From NCBI RefSeq assembly GCF_000143415.4, contig NW_003314262.1, positions 690,721-754,720 of the forward strand: DNA of 64,000 nt, read 5' to 3'. Positions 1 to 11,471 of this stretch are shown here, in pieces. Every line of letters starts with the position of its first letter. The first letter of the stretch is position 1. The translations under genes and the position numbers were made by a program. Below the pieces are notes generated by a model, which searched no databases, was not told the DNA's origin, and saw only the letters and a list, made by a program, of their open reading frames with translations. The stretch comes from Selaginella moellendorffii. Its lineage: Eukaryota; Plantae; Lycopodiophyta.

Positions 1-498
1 GGCAATGGCGGCCTTCACCCCTCGCTTGGTCTTGAATGCGTCGAGGCTGATGGACGCGCGCTTGATCAGCGCCTCCACCCTCTCCGACTCCGACAGGCTC
101 TTGGACGCCGGCGGCGACAGCGCCGTGTTGAGCGATCGCAGCGCGGCAGTGAGGTGTCCCAGGTGTTGCAGTGCCAGCGCCTTGACGATGTGAGGCGCGG
201 CGTCCCGCGGATCGCAGGCGATGGCCACATCGCACTCGCGGATGGCATCCCGCGCCAGAGACGAGCTCTTGCCCCTGTTCCTCCTCCCCTCGTCCGGTAG
301 CTCCTTGCGCTGCCGCCGTGCTCGGGCCAGCAGATGGGCCGCCGCCATGAAATGCTGGCGACAATCTGCCCGCTGCTGCGACTTGCGCCTCCACCACCCC
401 GATCTGCCACCGCCCAGCATGCCATTCCAACGTGCCAGCCCCCACACGAGCGCCATGGCCAGCGCGAAGCACGCCATCCACGCATCCACCCGCTCCAT
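1..498 (-). CDS. TPR-like protein with N-terminal hydrophobic anchor (3' end outside window)
   Basis: Manually translated open frame, not in the ORF track: MERVDAWMACFALAMALVWGL...AIRECDVAIACDPRDAAPHIVKALALQHLGHLTAALRSLNTALSP...EALIKRA. TPR-like DPxDAxxHxxKAxAL pattern; runs off the window start. Confidence 0.7.
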   Translation of the reverse strand, partial: MERVDAWMACFALAMALVWGLARWNGMLGGGRSGWWRRKSQQRADCRQHFMAAAHLLARARRQRKELPDEGRRNRGKSSSLARDAIRECDVAIACDPRDAAPHIVKALALQHLGHLTAALRSLNTALSPPASKSLSESERVEALIKRASISLDAFKTKRGVKAAIA

Positions 499-527
499 TT
501 TAGGGTTCTTCAGCTAGGTCTTAACGA

Positions 528-1175
528 ATGGAGGAAGCCACGGAGCTTGTCCACATTGTCAAGGGCGTGGCGGCCCCGGTGGTGATCCGCGAGCAGCGCT
601 CCAGAGGCCTATCGTTCCAGGTGTGGCCAGCGGCATCGGCATTGTGCAGCTTCCTCGAGGAGAAGCAAACAGAGTGGATGGTTCCGGGCGCGAGCGTGCT
701 CGAGCTGGGATCGGGCCCAGGCTTGGTAGGCCTTGTGGCTGCACGGCTGGGCGCCGCCAGGGTGCTACTCACGGATCTTCCACAGGCCATTCCAAATCTC
801 GCATACAACGCCCAGCGAAACTTCCCTGGCGATGGTGGCGCGGTGATTGAGGCACGGACGCTGCGCTGGGGCGTGGAGGAGGACGTGGCGCAGCTTGCTC
901 AGGACTGGAGCTTCGACTTGATCGTGGCCTCGGATGTTGTCTACTACGACTATCTCTTCCAGCCTCTGCTGCAAACGCTCAAATGGCTCCTGTCGTCGTC
1001 GCCGCCGCAGGAGCGCCCCCCCAAAGTCTTGCTCGCGCACATCCGGAGGTGGACGAAAGACACCAAGTTCTTCAAGATGGCGCGCAAGTCATTCCAGGTG
1101 GAGGTTGTAGCCACGTATCCCCCGCCACCCGGGAACAAGAAGCCAGTCGTCATTTACTCCCTCGCTGCCCGATGA
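528..1175 (+). CDS. Methyltransf_16 / METTL21-like protein-lysine methyltransferase, intronless
   Basis: QVWPAA, SAM motif VLELGSGPGLVG, LTDL, LRWG, and family signature IVASDVVY. Confidence 0.9.
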   Translation: MEEATELVHIVKGVAAPVVIREQRSRGLSFQVWPAASALCSFLEEKQTEWMVPGASVLELGSGPGLVGLVAARLGAARVLLTDLPQAIPNLAYNAQRNFPGDGGAVIEARTLRWGVEEDVAQLAQDWSFDLIVASDVVYYDYLFQPLLQTLKWLLSSSPPQERPPKVLLAHIRRWTKDTKFFKMARKSFQVEVVATYPPPPGNKKPVVIYSLAAR

Positions 1176-1184
1176 ATGAATCAA

Positions 1185-2051
1185 TCAATCCAATCTTTTG
1201 CGGAAATGCGAGACGAGGAGGTCGGCCAGATCCGTGAAGCTGTTGAATCGGTGGCCAACCACATCAACGTCGACTCCCAGCCGCTTGGCACCCCGGGCGG
1301 TGACAGGGCCGAAGGCCACCAGCACGCACGGCCAGAGCGAAGCGATCGTGAGGTGGTGAGCGTGGAGCGCCATGAGCAGCCCCTCCACCTCGGCGGTGCT
1401 GGTGAAGACGAGCGCATCAACTGCGCCGGCGAGCAGCGGCGTGACGCTGGCGGAGCCGGTCCACGAGGTAGCGTAGGCGTCCAGCCGCTCGACGTCCCAG
1501 CCGTGGCGCTGGAGCGCCGCCACGAAGTTTGGGACCACGTCCGGCTCGGATAGCCCGCCGCAGGCGTAGGGAACCGGGCAAAGCAGCCGGCGTCCAGCGC
1601 CATCGCCCAGCTCCTCCACCAGTGCGTCGGGTGTCGCCACCCGGGGCACCACCACCGTCAACCTCTGCTGCTCGCGGTGCTCCTTGAACAAGTCCAGCTC
1701 CTGGATGAGCTCGGCGTCCTTGCCCAGCGCCCCCACCACCAGTTCCGCGCAGCCAGATAATCGCACTTCTCCAAGAGCGTGCGCGATGGATGCGATGCCG
1801 GACCTGGACGTGAAGGCGATGCAGCTATAGGTGTGGAGGGCAGAGACGGCGCGGCGGACACTGGATTGGGTGTGTGGCGTGCGCTCCACGGCTATGGTGG
1901 GGCACGAGACTGTGGCGGCTCCCTCCCTGTCTAGTGCTTGCTCCAGGCGGGGCGCGTAGCTGCCGGGTGCCGTGAATGCCACTCGCAATCCCCGGAGTCG
2001 CCCATGGCCGAGAGCAGCGCTGCATTTCCATGGCGTATGCCCTAGCTCCAT
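1185..2051 (-). CDS. Uroporphyrinogen-III synthase (HEM4/HemD)-like protein, intronless
   Basis: RVAFTAP...L...G...PTI, IAFTSRSGI, AYAT, LVFTSTAEVEGL, AFGPVTARGA: HemD-type motifs. Confidence 0.82.
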   Translation of the reverse strand: MELGHTPWKCSAALGHGRLRGLRVAFTAPGSYAPRLEQALDREGAATVSCPTIAVERTPHTQSSVRRAVSALHTYSCIAFTSRSGIASIAHALGEVRLSGCAELVVGALGKDAELIQELDLFKEHREQQRLTVVVPRVATPDALVEELGDGAGRRLLCPVPYACGGLSEPDVVPNFVAALQRHGWDVERLDAYATSWTGSASVTPLLAGAVDALVFTSTAEVEGLLMALHAHHLTIASLWPCVLVAFGPVTARGAKRLGVDVDVVGHRFNSFTDLADLLVSHFRKRLD

Positions 2052-2248
2052 TGCTGGACACGTGGCACATAAAGCCCTAATCCTCGCAAAAAGAGATAAG
2101 GAGATCCTTTGCTATCTCCATCTTCTACGATGCCGCCCGGAGCACAAGCTTTTCCTCTTGCTCTTCCTGCCCAGGTCGGTCACCACTTGGCACTTCTCCT
2201 TGCCTTGATCTCGCGAGGTTGATGGAACTCAACTGGTGAGCGCAGGGG

Positions 2249-4339
2249 GTGGTGGCGGAGGCACGGATCTCCCTGGATGACTTGCACAAGAGGATGCAGC
2301 AGAGCGAGGGCAACGCGTCCAGCATCGAGCGGCAACTCAACGACGTCCGGACGCACCTCAAGGCGCTGCGCGACCAGGTGACGCTCGACGAGACAAACGT
2401 GCAGAGCATCGACCTCGACTCCATCGCCGCATGCCTCAAGTCGCACGCCGATGAGCATGATCCGGAACATGTCCATGCCGCGGACAATCCCGATCGCGAA
2501 GAGGTGCAGCTGGCTCTGGAAGGAGTCGACGCCGACTTCACAAGGCTGAAGCACAAGGTTGACGAGGTCCAGGCCGAGCTCCAGATCTCATGGATGTCTC
2601 TCACCACGCTGCAGCTCCAAGTGGAGGCCAAGCGCGGCGGTTGCGGCGCAATGCTGCTGGGTGATCAACTCGGCGGCAAGAACAGGACGCTGGAGCAGCT
2701 CAGTGGCTCGTATGAGCGCCTCCGCCACGCTTTCATCGACAAGGAGGAGGAGCTGAGGCGCGAGAGGCAGCTGGCCAGCAACACGCTCACGGCGCTGGCT
2801 GTGACGCACAGGGACATGGACCTCAAGATTGAGTCCGTCAACCGGGAACTGGAGCGTCTCAAGGCTCTGGCGGTGCAGCTCCGGGACTGGTGCTCGGCCA
2901 CGGAGATGATGGCCGATGAGCAGTGCACACAGCTCAAGCAACTCAGGGCGGATCTCGCATCCATTGCTTCCCGCCTGCTTCACATGATCGACTGGGGTGA
3001 CCCTGCTCCCAAGCAAGAAGCTCACGATGACAAGCTGTTCCAGAACGTTGAGGAAGCTTGTTCCGCTGCTGCCACTGCTGGCCATGGTGTTGCGCCCCAG
3101 CCACCTCCACCACCACCCCGGGGGGACATGTTCCAGGCGATGTCCAACCGACTCGAGGTGCTGGTGCAAGAGTTGAGGTCGGGAAGGGCGGAGCAGGACA
3201 AGATGATCGACTCGCTGTGGTCGCCACCTTTGTGTGGAGACCCTTCTCCACGAGGAGAAGAAGTCATGGACAAGGGCCCGAACGTGGGGAAGCGAAAGCT
3301 TTCAGAGGCTTTCATTGTTGGTCAGCAACAACAACAACAGCAGCAGCAGCAGCAGCTGGTTGGCGATGAGATTGCCGATCGAGAAAAGGCATTTTTGTCG
3401 CAGAAGAAGGCGTTCTTGAGCGGCTTGCGTGAATCTTTCCAGAGGGTGCGGCGGAGGGAGGTGGCGTGCGCGAGCCTAGACAGGCGTCTGCTCAAGGCCC
3501 GGCTGCTGCTGGAGCAAGCGCAACGGGGCTGCATGAGCTCCGACTCGGTGTCCATGAAGTCCAAGCGGCAGATCGAGCAGGCGTACAAGGAGCTCGTCCA
3601 CGTCCAGCGAGACATCGACAACATCAAGGCGGTGAGCCTGGTGGAGCGCCAGGAACTGTCCACCGAGCTGGTGGGCGATGATCATCATCCGCCGCGGGAG
3701 CTGTCGGAACTGCTACTGTGCTCGTCGTCGTCGTCGCCGCCGCCGCCGCAAGCCTCGACATCATCCAATGCGGCCCAGCAGCAGCAGTTCGTGTCGCTGT
3801 GTGGCGGCGAGGTTGGGAGGGTCAAGGGCGAGCTGGGACGTCAGGTGGAGCTCAACCTCAGGCTCAAGCAGCAGGTGGCCAAGCTGTGCCTGCAGGCGGA
3901 GCGAGCCGAGGGGATGGTGGCGGTGGAGAGGCTGGAGGTGGACAAGCTGCGGCAGCAGGTCCAAGGCATCAGCGATCGGCTCAAGCACGAGGCGCGCTGC
4001 CTCCACGAGTCGCACACGGCGGCGCTGCGTGCTCGGGACGCGACCATCGAGCAGCTGCGCAGGCAAGTGGAGAGGGACGAGACGCGCAAGCTGCTCAAGG
4101 CGGCGCTGGACAAGAACGAGGAGCTGAGCGTGGAGAGGGAGGCGCTGGTGGCCAAGCTCGGGGGCCAGGACTTGGATCTGCTCAAGCTCCGCAACGAGAA
4201 TGTGTGCTTGGTGGTGGAGAAGATTGCGTTTGAAGGGTCGGCGCGAGCGCTGCAGGACAAGATGGCCAACCTCATGACCAAGCTGGCGCAGACCAAGCAG
4301 CACTGGAAGCGATTTGTTGTCTACTGCCAAACATTTTAA
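2249..4339 (+). CDS. Long coiled-coil protein of unknown function (true start uncertain)
   Basis: 696-aa uninterrupted ORF with GC3-rich codons, two heptad-rich blocks, and central polyQ/polyP linkers. Begins at GTG, so the first Met or an upstream exon is unresolved. Confidence 0.7.
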   Translation: MVAEARISLDDLHKRMQQSEGNASSIERQLNDVRTHLKALRDQVTLDETNVQSIDLDSIAACLKSHADEHDPEHVHAADNPDREEVQLALEGVDADFTRLKHKVDEVQAELQISWMSLTTLQLQVEAKRGGCGAMLLGDQLGGKNRTLEQLSGSYERLRHAFIDKEEELRRERQLASNTLTALAVTHRDMDLKIESVNRELERLKALAVQLRDWCSATEMMADEQCTQLKQLRADLASIASRLLHMIDWGDPAPKQEAHDDKLFQNVEEACSAAATAGHGVAPQPPPPPPRGDMFQAMSNRLEVLVQELRSGRAEQDKMIDSLWSPPLCGDPSPRGEEVMDKGPNVGKRKLSEAFIVGQQQQQQQQQQQLVGDEIADREKAFLSQKKAFLSGLRESFQRVRRREVACASLDRRLLKARLLLEQAQRGCMSSDSVSMKSKRQIEQAYKELVHVQRDIDNIKAVSLVERQELSTELVGDDHHPPRELSELLLCSSSSSPPPPQASTSSNAAQQQQFVSLCGGEVGRVKGELGRQVELNLRLKQQVAKLCLQAERAEGMVAVERLEVDKLRQQVQGISDRLKHEARCLHESHTAALRARDATIEQLRRQVERDETRKLLKAALDKNEELSVEREALVAKLGGQDLDLLKLRNENVCLVVEKIAFEGSARALQDKMANLMTKLAQTKQHWKRFVVYCQTF

Positions 4340-4410
4340 ACCATCTGTATGTTCTATGATCTTAACTAGGCTTGGTAGGGTTCATATCTATAGAGAGGAG
4401 AGAGCGAGGG

Positions 4411-6647
4411 ATGTTCAAGAAGGCGAGCGAGGTCAAGGCGCAGCAGCGCCTCTCTGGCGCCGATCGCAAGAAGCTGCGTCGCAGCATTTGCGAGCGATTC
4501 GGCCACGCCACTGACGCGCACATCGAATCCATCCTGCCGGCCAAGGTAAGCCTCTCCTGCATCCATCTCCTCCGACGGCTTCTCAATGCAAATCGCTACG
4601 CCAGGCGGATGTCACCGTGGCGAAGCTCGCCAATCCCAATCGCCTCCATGTCTACGTCGTGGATGGAGGGCCGCCAATGCTGTTCGATGTCGATGGTGAA
4701 GTCTTTCCAACAGGTTGAGCTTCCTCGATTGATGTGCCAATTCAGACATGCTTCCTCTTGCAGTGTATGCCCTGTGGAAGCTACCATCGCTCCTCCCAGC
4801 TTTTATTCTCAAGGGTGCTGAAGTCTCACGCTACGTTGTTGGTGGTGCCGATCTTATGTTTCCTGGCATCACTATACCCCCGGAAGGCTTGCCAGAGTTT
4901 GAGGCAGGCCAGCCGTGGGTTGTCAAGGTGCCGGGAAATGACTTCCCCATTGCTGTAAGTCTTGTTCTTCCTTTCTTTTCACATCAACCAACGATTTTCA
5001 CTCGTCTGCAGGTTGGAACGACGGCCATGAGTAGTACCGCGGCTAAGAAAGCTGGCTATCGCGGCAAGGCCCTTCGCATTTTGCATTTCTACCCTGATAC
5101 GCTCTGGTAAGGAAAGCTTTTAGAGGTTGAAGTTTTGTCGCTGAAAAGGTATTCGGTGCTGCCGATTGTGTTTCAAACAGGAGCTCGGCTGAGGGAAGAT
5201 ACGTTCCCAATGCGGGTTTCTCGGAGGGCATGATTTCGGAAGATCCATCCACCAGCCAGCAGGCGGGTGATGGTGAAGGCAGCGCTCAAGGTGTAGACGA
5301 ACAAGACCAAGAACACGAGCAAGAACAAGAACAAGGTGGTGCCAATAGTGGTGACGATGGGACCGAAATCTATCAAGTAACGGAGCCAGAATATGTGGCT
5401 GTGGATGTCAAGGACTTGAAGCTAGCACCGGATACATCGGCTGCCGAAGAAGCTGACGAGGAGTGTAGCAGCATTGAGGTTGGAAGTTCAACGGGTGTTA
5501 GCACCGAGGAGATGGACTTGCTACTCGACAGGTGCTTACTGCAGGCCCTGCATACGACCGTCAAGGACAAGGATCTACCCATTCCTGCAAGCATTCTTTG
5601 GTAAAGCATTTTATCCGCTCTGTTTTAGCTAATGCTTGTGCTGCATGTAGGTCAGGGCACATTCTTCCTGCCAGGCCTGCAGGTAGCACGGTAGACATCA
5701 AGAAATCTTCGCACAAGAAGTTGTCAAAGTGGCTTCAAACCAAATCTGCCAGCGGCTTGGTCGGTATATGATAGCTTCGTGTGTTTCCAGGCATGCTGAC
5801 TGATTTCTCGCAGATAGTAGCGAAGGAGAGCAAGCCTCGCAAGGAAATCATGTTGTGCAGCGTAAACAGAAGCCATGCGCTATACCAGGAGTTCAAGCCC
5901 GAGAAGAAGGTGGCTACCTCTGAACATACCACACCAGATTCGAAGAGCGCAAACGAGAGCGTGCAAAGTCCGTTTGAAGCCGTGGAGGTGTGGAAGCCTA
6001 CTCACCATGTGGCACCCATATTGAATGCTGTGGGAGCCGATGCATCCAAGTTTTACACCGCGGCCGAGGCAAGTGAGGTGGTGTTTTCGTACGTGGACAA
6101 GGAAAGCTTGGTGAAACCAGACAACAAGGCGGTGGTTGCACTGGATGCCGTCTTATGCGACGCTTTGTTCAAAGGAGCTGTGAAGAAGGGCTCGTCGTAC
6201 CCGTCGGAGGTCTTGAAAAGGGACCTCGGTGCCACATTCCTGGGCCGGATGCAAGCACATCACAAGGTGACCAGAGACGGCAAGTCCGTGGTTCGAAAGG
6301 GAGCACTGAGATGTGCACAGATAATAACGGAGCGAAGGCAAGGAAACAAGAAAGTGACGCGGGTGTCGGGCCTCGAGTCGTTTCTGGTGGATCCAGATGC
6401 GCTAGCAGCGGAGCTCCAGAAAAAGTTTGCGTGCAGCACATCGTTGGCCGAAGTCCCCGGTAAGTTTGTCCGCTTTGTATTTAGGTACTTGTTTGAACTC
6501 CGGTTGTTTGGGATGTATGCAGGGAAGAAAGGCGAGAAGGAGATACTCGTCCAGGGTGGCGTCATAGAAAACCTTGGGAAGCATCTAGTGCAACAGTATG
6601 GGATTCCAAAGAAGTTTATTGAGATACTGGATAAGACGAAGAAGTGA
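4411..6647 (+). CDS. EIF2D: Translation initiation factor eIF2D / ligatin (PUA, SWIB, SUI1), multi-exon
   Basis: MFKK...LSGADRKKLRR; GGADLMFPG (PUA); DIKKSSHKKLSKWLQ; ERRQGNKKVTRVSGLE...LQKKFACSTS...VQG (SUI1); GT-AG introns; ends GIPKKFIEILDKTKK*. Confidence 0.93.
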
Positions 6648-7581
6648 TCAACTGGTTTGGGTGTCGTCGCCTTCCTGTGGGGTGGTTTTGGCGTGGAGGA
6701 GTTGACAGACTGCTCGCTCGAGTCGATGCTTATCTCGGGTGGCGAACTTGTCGACTAGGCAACCGTCCTGCTCGCGCGAGAGATTAGAAGCGAGAGATAC
6801 AAGAGCCCCCCTCCCTTACCTGAAAGATTGCAAACAAGGGAACGGAGGAAACGGAGTAGAATTCGGCCAGGTCCTGCAGAGGTTGCGAGCAAATAAGGTG
6901 AAATCATTCTTTCCCAGCTAGCCTACCGTGAGTTCGTCGTAATCATCCAGAACGTTGTGCTTGACAAACACAATCTGACTCTCATCGCTGTGCTCGTCGT
7001 CCTCCTGGGGATCTGCTACGCACTCGTCACTGCTGCATCCCTGCCTGTCTAGACACAGCTTGTTTCTTCGCAATAGTGGTGGTAGTCACTCACCCGTTTG
7101 CACAGCTTCACGAATTGGGGTAGCATGTACTTGCAAGCACCGCACGAGGTGTTGTAGAAATCCACCACCACCTAAATGGAGAGAGGATTGACAAGCGCTC
7201 CAAAGGAAGGCATGGACTGCGAACCAGATCGTGCTCCTCTCGGGCGCGCTCCAAAATGGCATCGAATTCCTGCAGGTTGCTTACTACGGTGACGCAGTCC
7301 ACGGGGCACGAGATCTCCGCCTCAGCTCGTCGTGCATCCGCTTCCTGGCTGCTTGTTTATACTTTTGTGATCGATCACACGCACGCACACGCACTCACCT
7401 CCTGGCGCTTGAGAGATTCCTCTAGATGCCGCTTTCGATCCACCTGGATACCGGCACACGCGACATTCCGGTGTGGCGTCCCAGGAATTCCCGCAGTCTG
7501 GAACCACGACCTCTTGCCCCCCACAAAGCGGCTGCTACCAACGATGCTAAACGCCGCCAAATCACGCCCGATAGCGGCCAT
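6648..7581 (-). CDS. Chloroplast thioredoxin-like 4 type atypical thioredoxin, multi-exon
   Basis: Spliced: transit-like N-terminus; CPVDCVTVVSNLQEFDAIL; VVVDFYNTSCGACKY; FVKHNVLDDYDE; DLAEFYSVSSVPLFAIFQ; DGCLVDKFATRDKHRL...QTS*. Confidence 0.82.
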
Positions 7582-7769
7582 GGAGATTCATGAGCTTATG
7601 AATGCTCAAGACGCAACACGGGCTCTTGTCGCGATTCACGAGATATTTCTCTCGCTAATTGGTTTCAAATGATAGCATGGTGGCGTAGTGGATTAGTGTT
7701 TCGAGATCAAGCCTAGAGTGCCAATTGTTCACAGTAACCAGCACCAAGAGAACAGAAAAACCACCGAGC

Positions 7770-8580
7770 CTAAGCTTCTAGCCCAATTATCCCTGCATCA
7801 CAAGAGCCTAGTCTTTACCATGCCAGCTTTTTCCATAAGATATAAGCGCTTACCACAAGCAACTCTTGCACCCGCATTACCAGTTTCCTTGCTCAGCTCG
7901 TGACCACCTGCAAGACACAGTTGCACAAACAACAGGCACTCGAAGATCGTATATATATCTATACCTTTGCCGAGATCATCCGGGTCGGCATGCACCACAA
8001 TTGCCCTGCCAATGATGGAATGCGGCCCGCACAGCTTTATCTGCATCATCATCCAAGTTAATACCATGGCATGGAATGATCCTCTTCGCTACGACTACCT
8101 GGCTGTCTTTGATAGAAATCTCCACCTTTCCTGGCGTAGCAAGCAAACCCAAAAGTGTGAGAGGTTCGGTGGATCGGGCATCCATCCAAGCAAGCTACTC
8201 ACCGCTGTCGCCTGCAGTGAGGTTGCCAAGGTCACCAACATGCCTGGTGTCGTCCTCGGGAGCACCGTGTTCCTTGTTGGTGGGATTGAAATGTGGACCT
8301 GTAAGCAACACACATGCTCGCTCGGGATCGCTCAAACAGAACGGCTCTACCCGTGGAGTTGCACCCGTTGGTGGTATCACCCAGCGCGTGGACGTGGAAT
8401 CCATGCTTGCCCGGGCTCAAACCGGTGACTTCGCCCGTGATAGTGGACGGCGCACCTGGAGAAGCAGTCACTCACTCCATCACATTTGGTGGAATGGGCT
8501 TTTTTTTTACCTTCGTTCTCCTGGCTGAAATGCACCACCCCGCCCACCTCGCTACCCAACAGGACCGCCACTGCCTTCAT
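7770..8580 (-). CDS. CSD1: Cytosolic Cu/Zn superoxide dismutase, multi-exon
   Basis: MKAVAVL; [17 protein letters not shown]; GPHFNP; RHVGDLGN; [43 protein letters not shown]. Confidence 0.96.
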
Positions 8581-8723
8581 CTTCTTTTCTCTCGCACCAA
8601 GAAAATACAAGGCAGCGAACTGCAAGAAAAACCAGATTTAATAAAGCAACACTTGAAGCCATGCAGGGCGCCACGTACATCGGTGCTGCAACAAAAGCAG
8701 GAAAAATGAAAACGAAAAATAAA

Positions 8724-11418
8724 TTATGGATGTGCAATGGTGCATTGCAGCCGAAGCTCCTGGAGCTGCCTGGGATCAACTGTGGATGGTGTTCTTGTGA
8801 GGGAGCAGTGAGCAGCCGTTGTCTTTGGAAAGGCAATCACATCCCGTATCGATTTCTCTCCCGCAAGCAGCATTACCAGCCGGTCCACACCATACGCGAT
8901 TCCTCCTGCCATTCATTCTCGCCACTTATTTAGAACAGCAAGGTCGACGATACCATGCGGAGGAGCACCCAGCTCTAATGCTTCCAGCAAATAGCCAAAC
9001 TTATCTTCCGCCTGGACACGACTGCAGATGGAGTCACTAACTACAAACAGAAAAGATTTCTAGAACCTCTTGAGCGCTCAAACCGGATGCCTCGAGCACC
9101 TTTTGCTGCACGTCACGCCTGTGAATCCTCAAGCTTCCACCCCCAATCTGCAGCCAGCATTTCAGTAAGCCAACAGCAGGATATCACTTACTTCCACGCC
9201 GTTGTAGACCATGTCGTAAGCAAGAGCACGAGCAGAGCTGAGATCCTTCATGTCTTCTGGCCTCGGAGCGGTGAATGGATGGTGGAGCGCCTGGCGGAAG
9301 GACGTACATAAACTAGCTAGTGAGCATCAGCTTACCTCAAGCCGCTTTTCCGCGTCGTTCCACTCGAACATAGGAAAATCAGTGATCCAAAGAATGTCAT
9401 TGCGGCTCTGCAACCACGAGTTCAGTCGCGATCAAATCGGGAATGCGTCACACCTTGTCAATGAGGTTCTCACTTGTCTCGGCAATAAGCGTTCGCAGTC
9501 GGCCGAGCGTCGCGTTGACGAGCGATGTAGGCCCGTTTGCAAAGATGATCACATCCCCAGGCTTTGCGTCACATTTGGCCAGAAAGTTGTCTCTCGTCTC
9601 AGGACAAGACAAGCTCGACTTGAGCGCTGTGCTGCCTTCCACCTCTCCTGCACAGAAAGCCAGCTATTTCGTACATGGATGAATATAGAGAGATACCTCC
9701 TTCGGCCACCTTGAGAAAAGGCAGGCCTTTAGCACCGCATCTGACTGCTTCTTGATATATGTCCCCCTTCTTCAACCGGGTGGCTGTGATCGACTTGCCG
9801 CCGCCACACACTGTTATTGCCTTGACAACACCGCCTTCGCTGATGGCTGTGGCGAACGGAGCAAAGCTCGATTTTTCAAACACATCCGACAGCTGTTGTT
9901 TTCTTTAAGACGCGTTTTAAAGCTTCCAAGTTTGACGTACCTCGACGAGTTGCATTCCGAAGCGTGTATCAGGCTTGTCTGAACCATACTTGGACATGGC
10001 CTCGGCATACGTGAGCCGTGGAAAGGGATCCGGAAGTTCTACGCCTTTAATCTCCCGGAAAACCTGGCATCCGAGCGAGTGAGGCGAGCGCTTAACCGAT
10101 GCTAGCACTTACAAGCCTGATGAGGTCCTCATTGAGCTCGAGCATATCTTCCAGCGGTGTGAATGCAAGCTCCATGTCGAGCTGCGTGAACTCGGGTTGA
10201 CGGTCGGCTCTAAGATCCTCGTCCCTGAAACACCTGGTGGAAATGCACGCAAGTGAGTGAGCCAAGCACACGTATACGATACCTTGCAAACTGAAAGTAT
10301 CTATCGAAACCAGACACCATGAGCATCTGCTTGAACAGCTGCGGGCTCTGGGGAAGAGCGTAGAAAGTGGCTGGCTGCATCATATTTTTTTTCCTCCCAA
10401 GTTAGTCACGCAGGCTGCAATCACTGATTCACCTGCACTCGCGATGGCACCAGGTAATCTCGCGCTCCTTCGGGAGTGGATCTCGACAGTATCGGTGTCT
10501 CCACCTGCATTGCAAGCTCTAGCCGTCCATCAAAATCGCAAGCTCAAGCCAACCTCGACAAAGCCGTGGACGTCTTCCAAGTAACGTCTCATGAGCTTGA
10601 CGATGCGGTGGCGGAGCCTGAGGTTGGCATTCAGCTGGGGGCGCCGCAAGTCCAAGTGTCGGTATCTACAAACGCAAACATGCGTGCCTTGGAAGCACTG
10701 GCTGGCCCAACAAGCAGTTTACCTCAGACGAACTTCCTCGGAGATGACGTTTTTGGACTGGTCGAGGGGCGTGACCAAGAAAGGAAGGTTCAAGGTGACG
10801 GGGTTGAGCACCTCAACCTTGTCCGCGATGATCTGACGCAAAGCACGATCAAAACCATATGCGAAGGAGGACAAGAGAATACTTCGACGCTTCCAGTCTT
10901 CAAATTTGTGTTGGCGGCACCCTGAGGCCGCGAGCGCACTGTTCCCTCCACCGCTACCACGTACTCTATTCTCAGCCTCTCCGCCACCGCCTGTGCTCCG
11001 CCGCTACTAGCCTCCGCCGCCGCAACCTGGCATGAAGCTTACTTATAAGAAATGGAAAGATGACAATCCAGCTGCTCGCCTGCACCATTCCCGTGTGGTC
11101 GCGAACGTTGATGAATGTGACGGCGCCATGGTCGCGACGGAGCGCAACCCAGCCACAAATGCGCACCCTCAGCCCAATCTCCGCCTCACTCACCTCGCCA
11201 CAGTAGTGGCTCCGCCGCACCCACTTGAGCTGCTCGCCTTGCTGCTCCTCCACCCCAGCAACACCAACACCAGCAGCAGCAGCAGCAGCAGCACGGGCAC
11301 CAACACGACGCGAGGATGGGCGCGCTCGGCGAGGAGGGCATTGGACGCATCTCGGCAGCCATGCCGAGGAGGAGGACGAGTGAGACGCTGGAATGGTTGT
11401 GCCTAACATACAGGCCAT
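8724..11418 (-). CDS. Organellar (bacterial-type) aspartyl-tRNA synthetase, multi-exon
   Basis: Transit peptide; RSHYCG...RDHG; [21 protein letters not shown] (motif 2); [10 protein letters not shown]; [19 protein letters not shown] (motif 3); IAFPKT. Confidence 0.95.
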
Positions 11419-11471
11419 GGGTTTATAATAAAACGCAAGTGTTTGTGGCTTTTACACATTAGCACGCGTAG

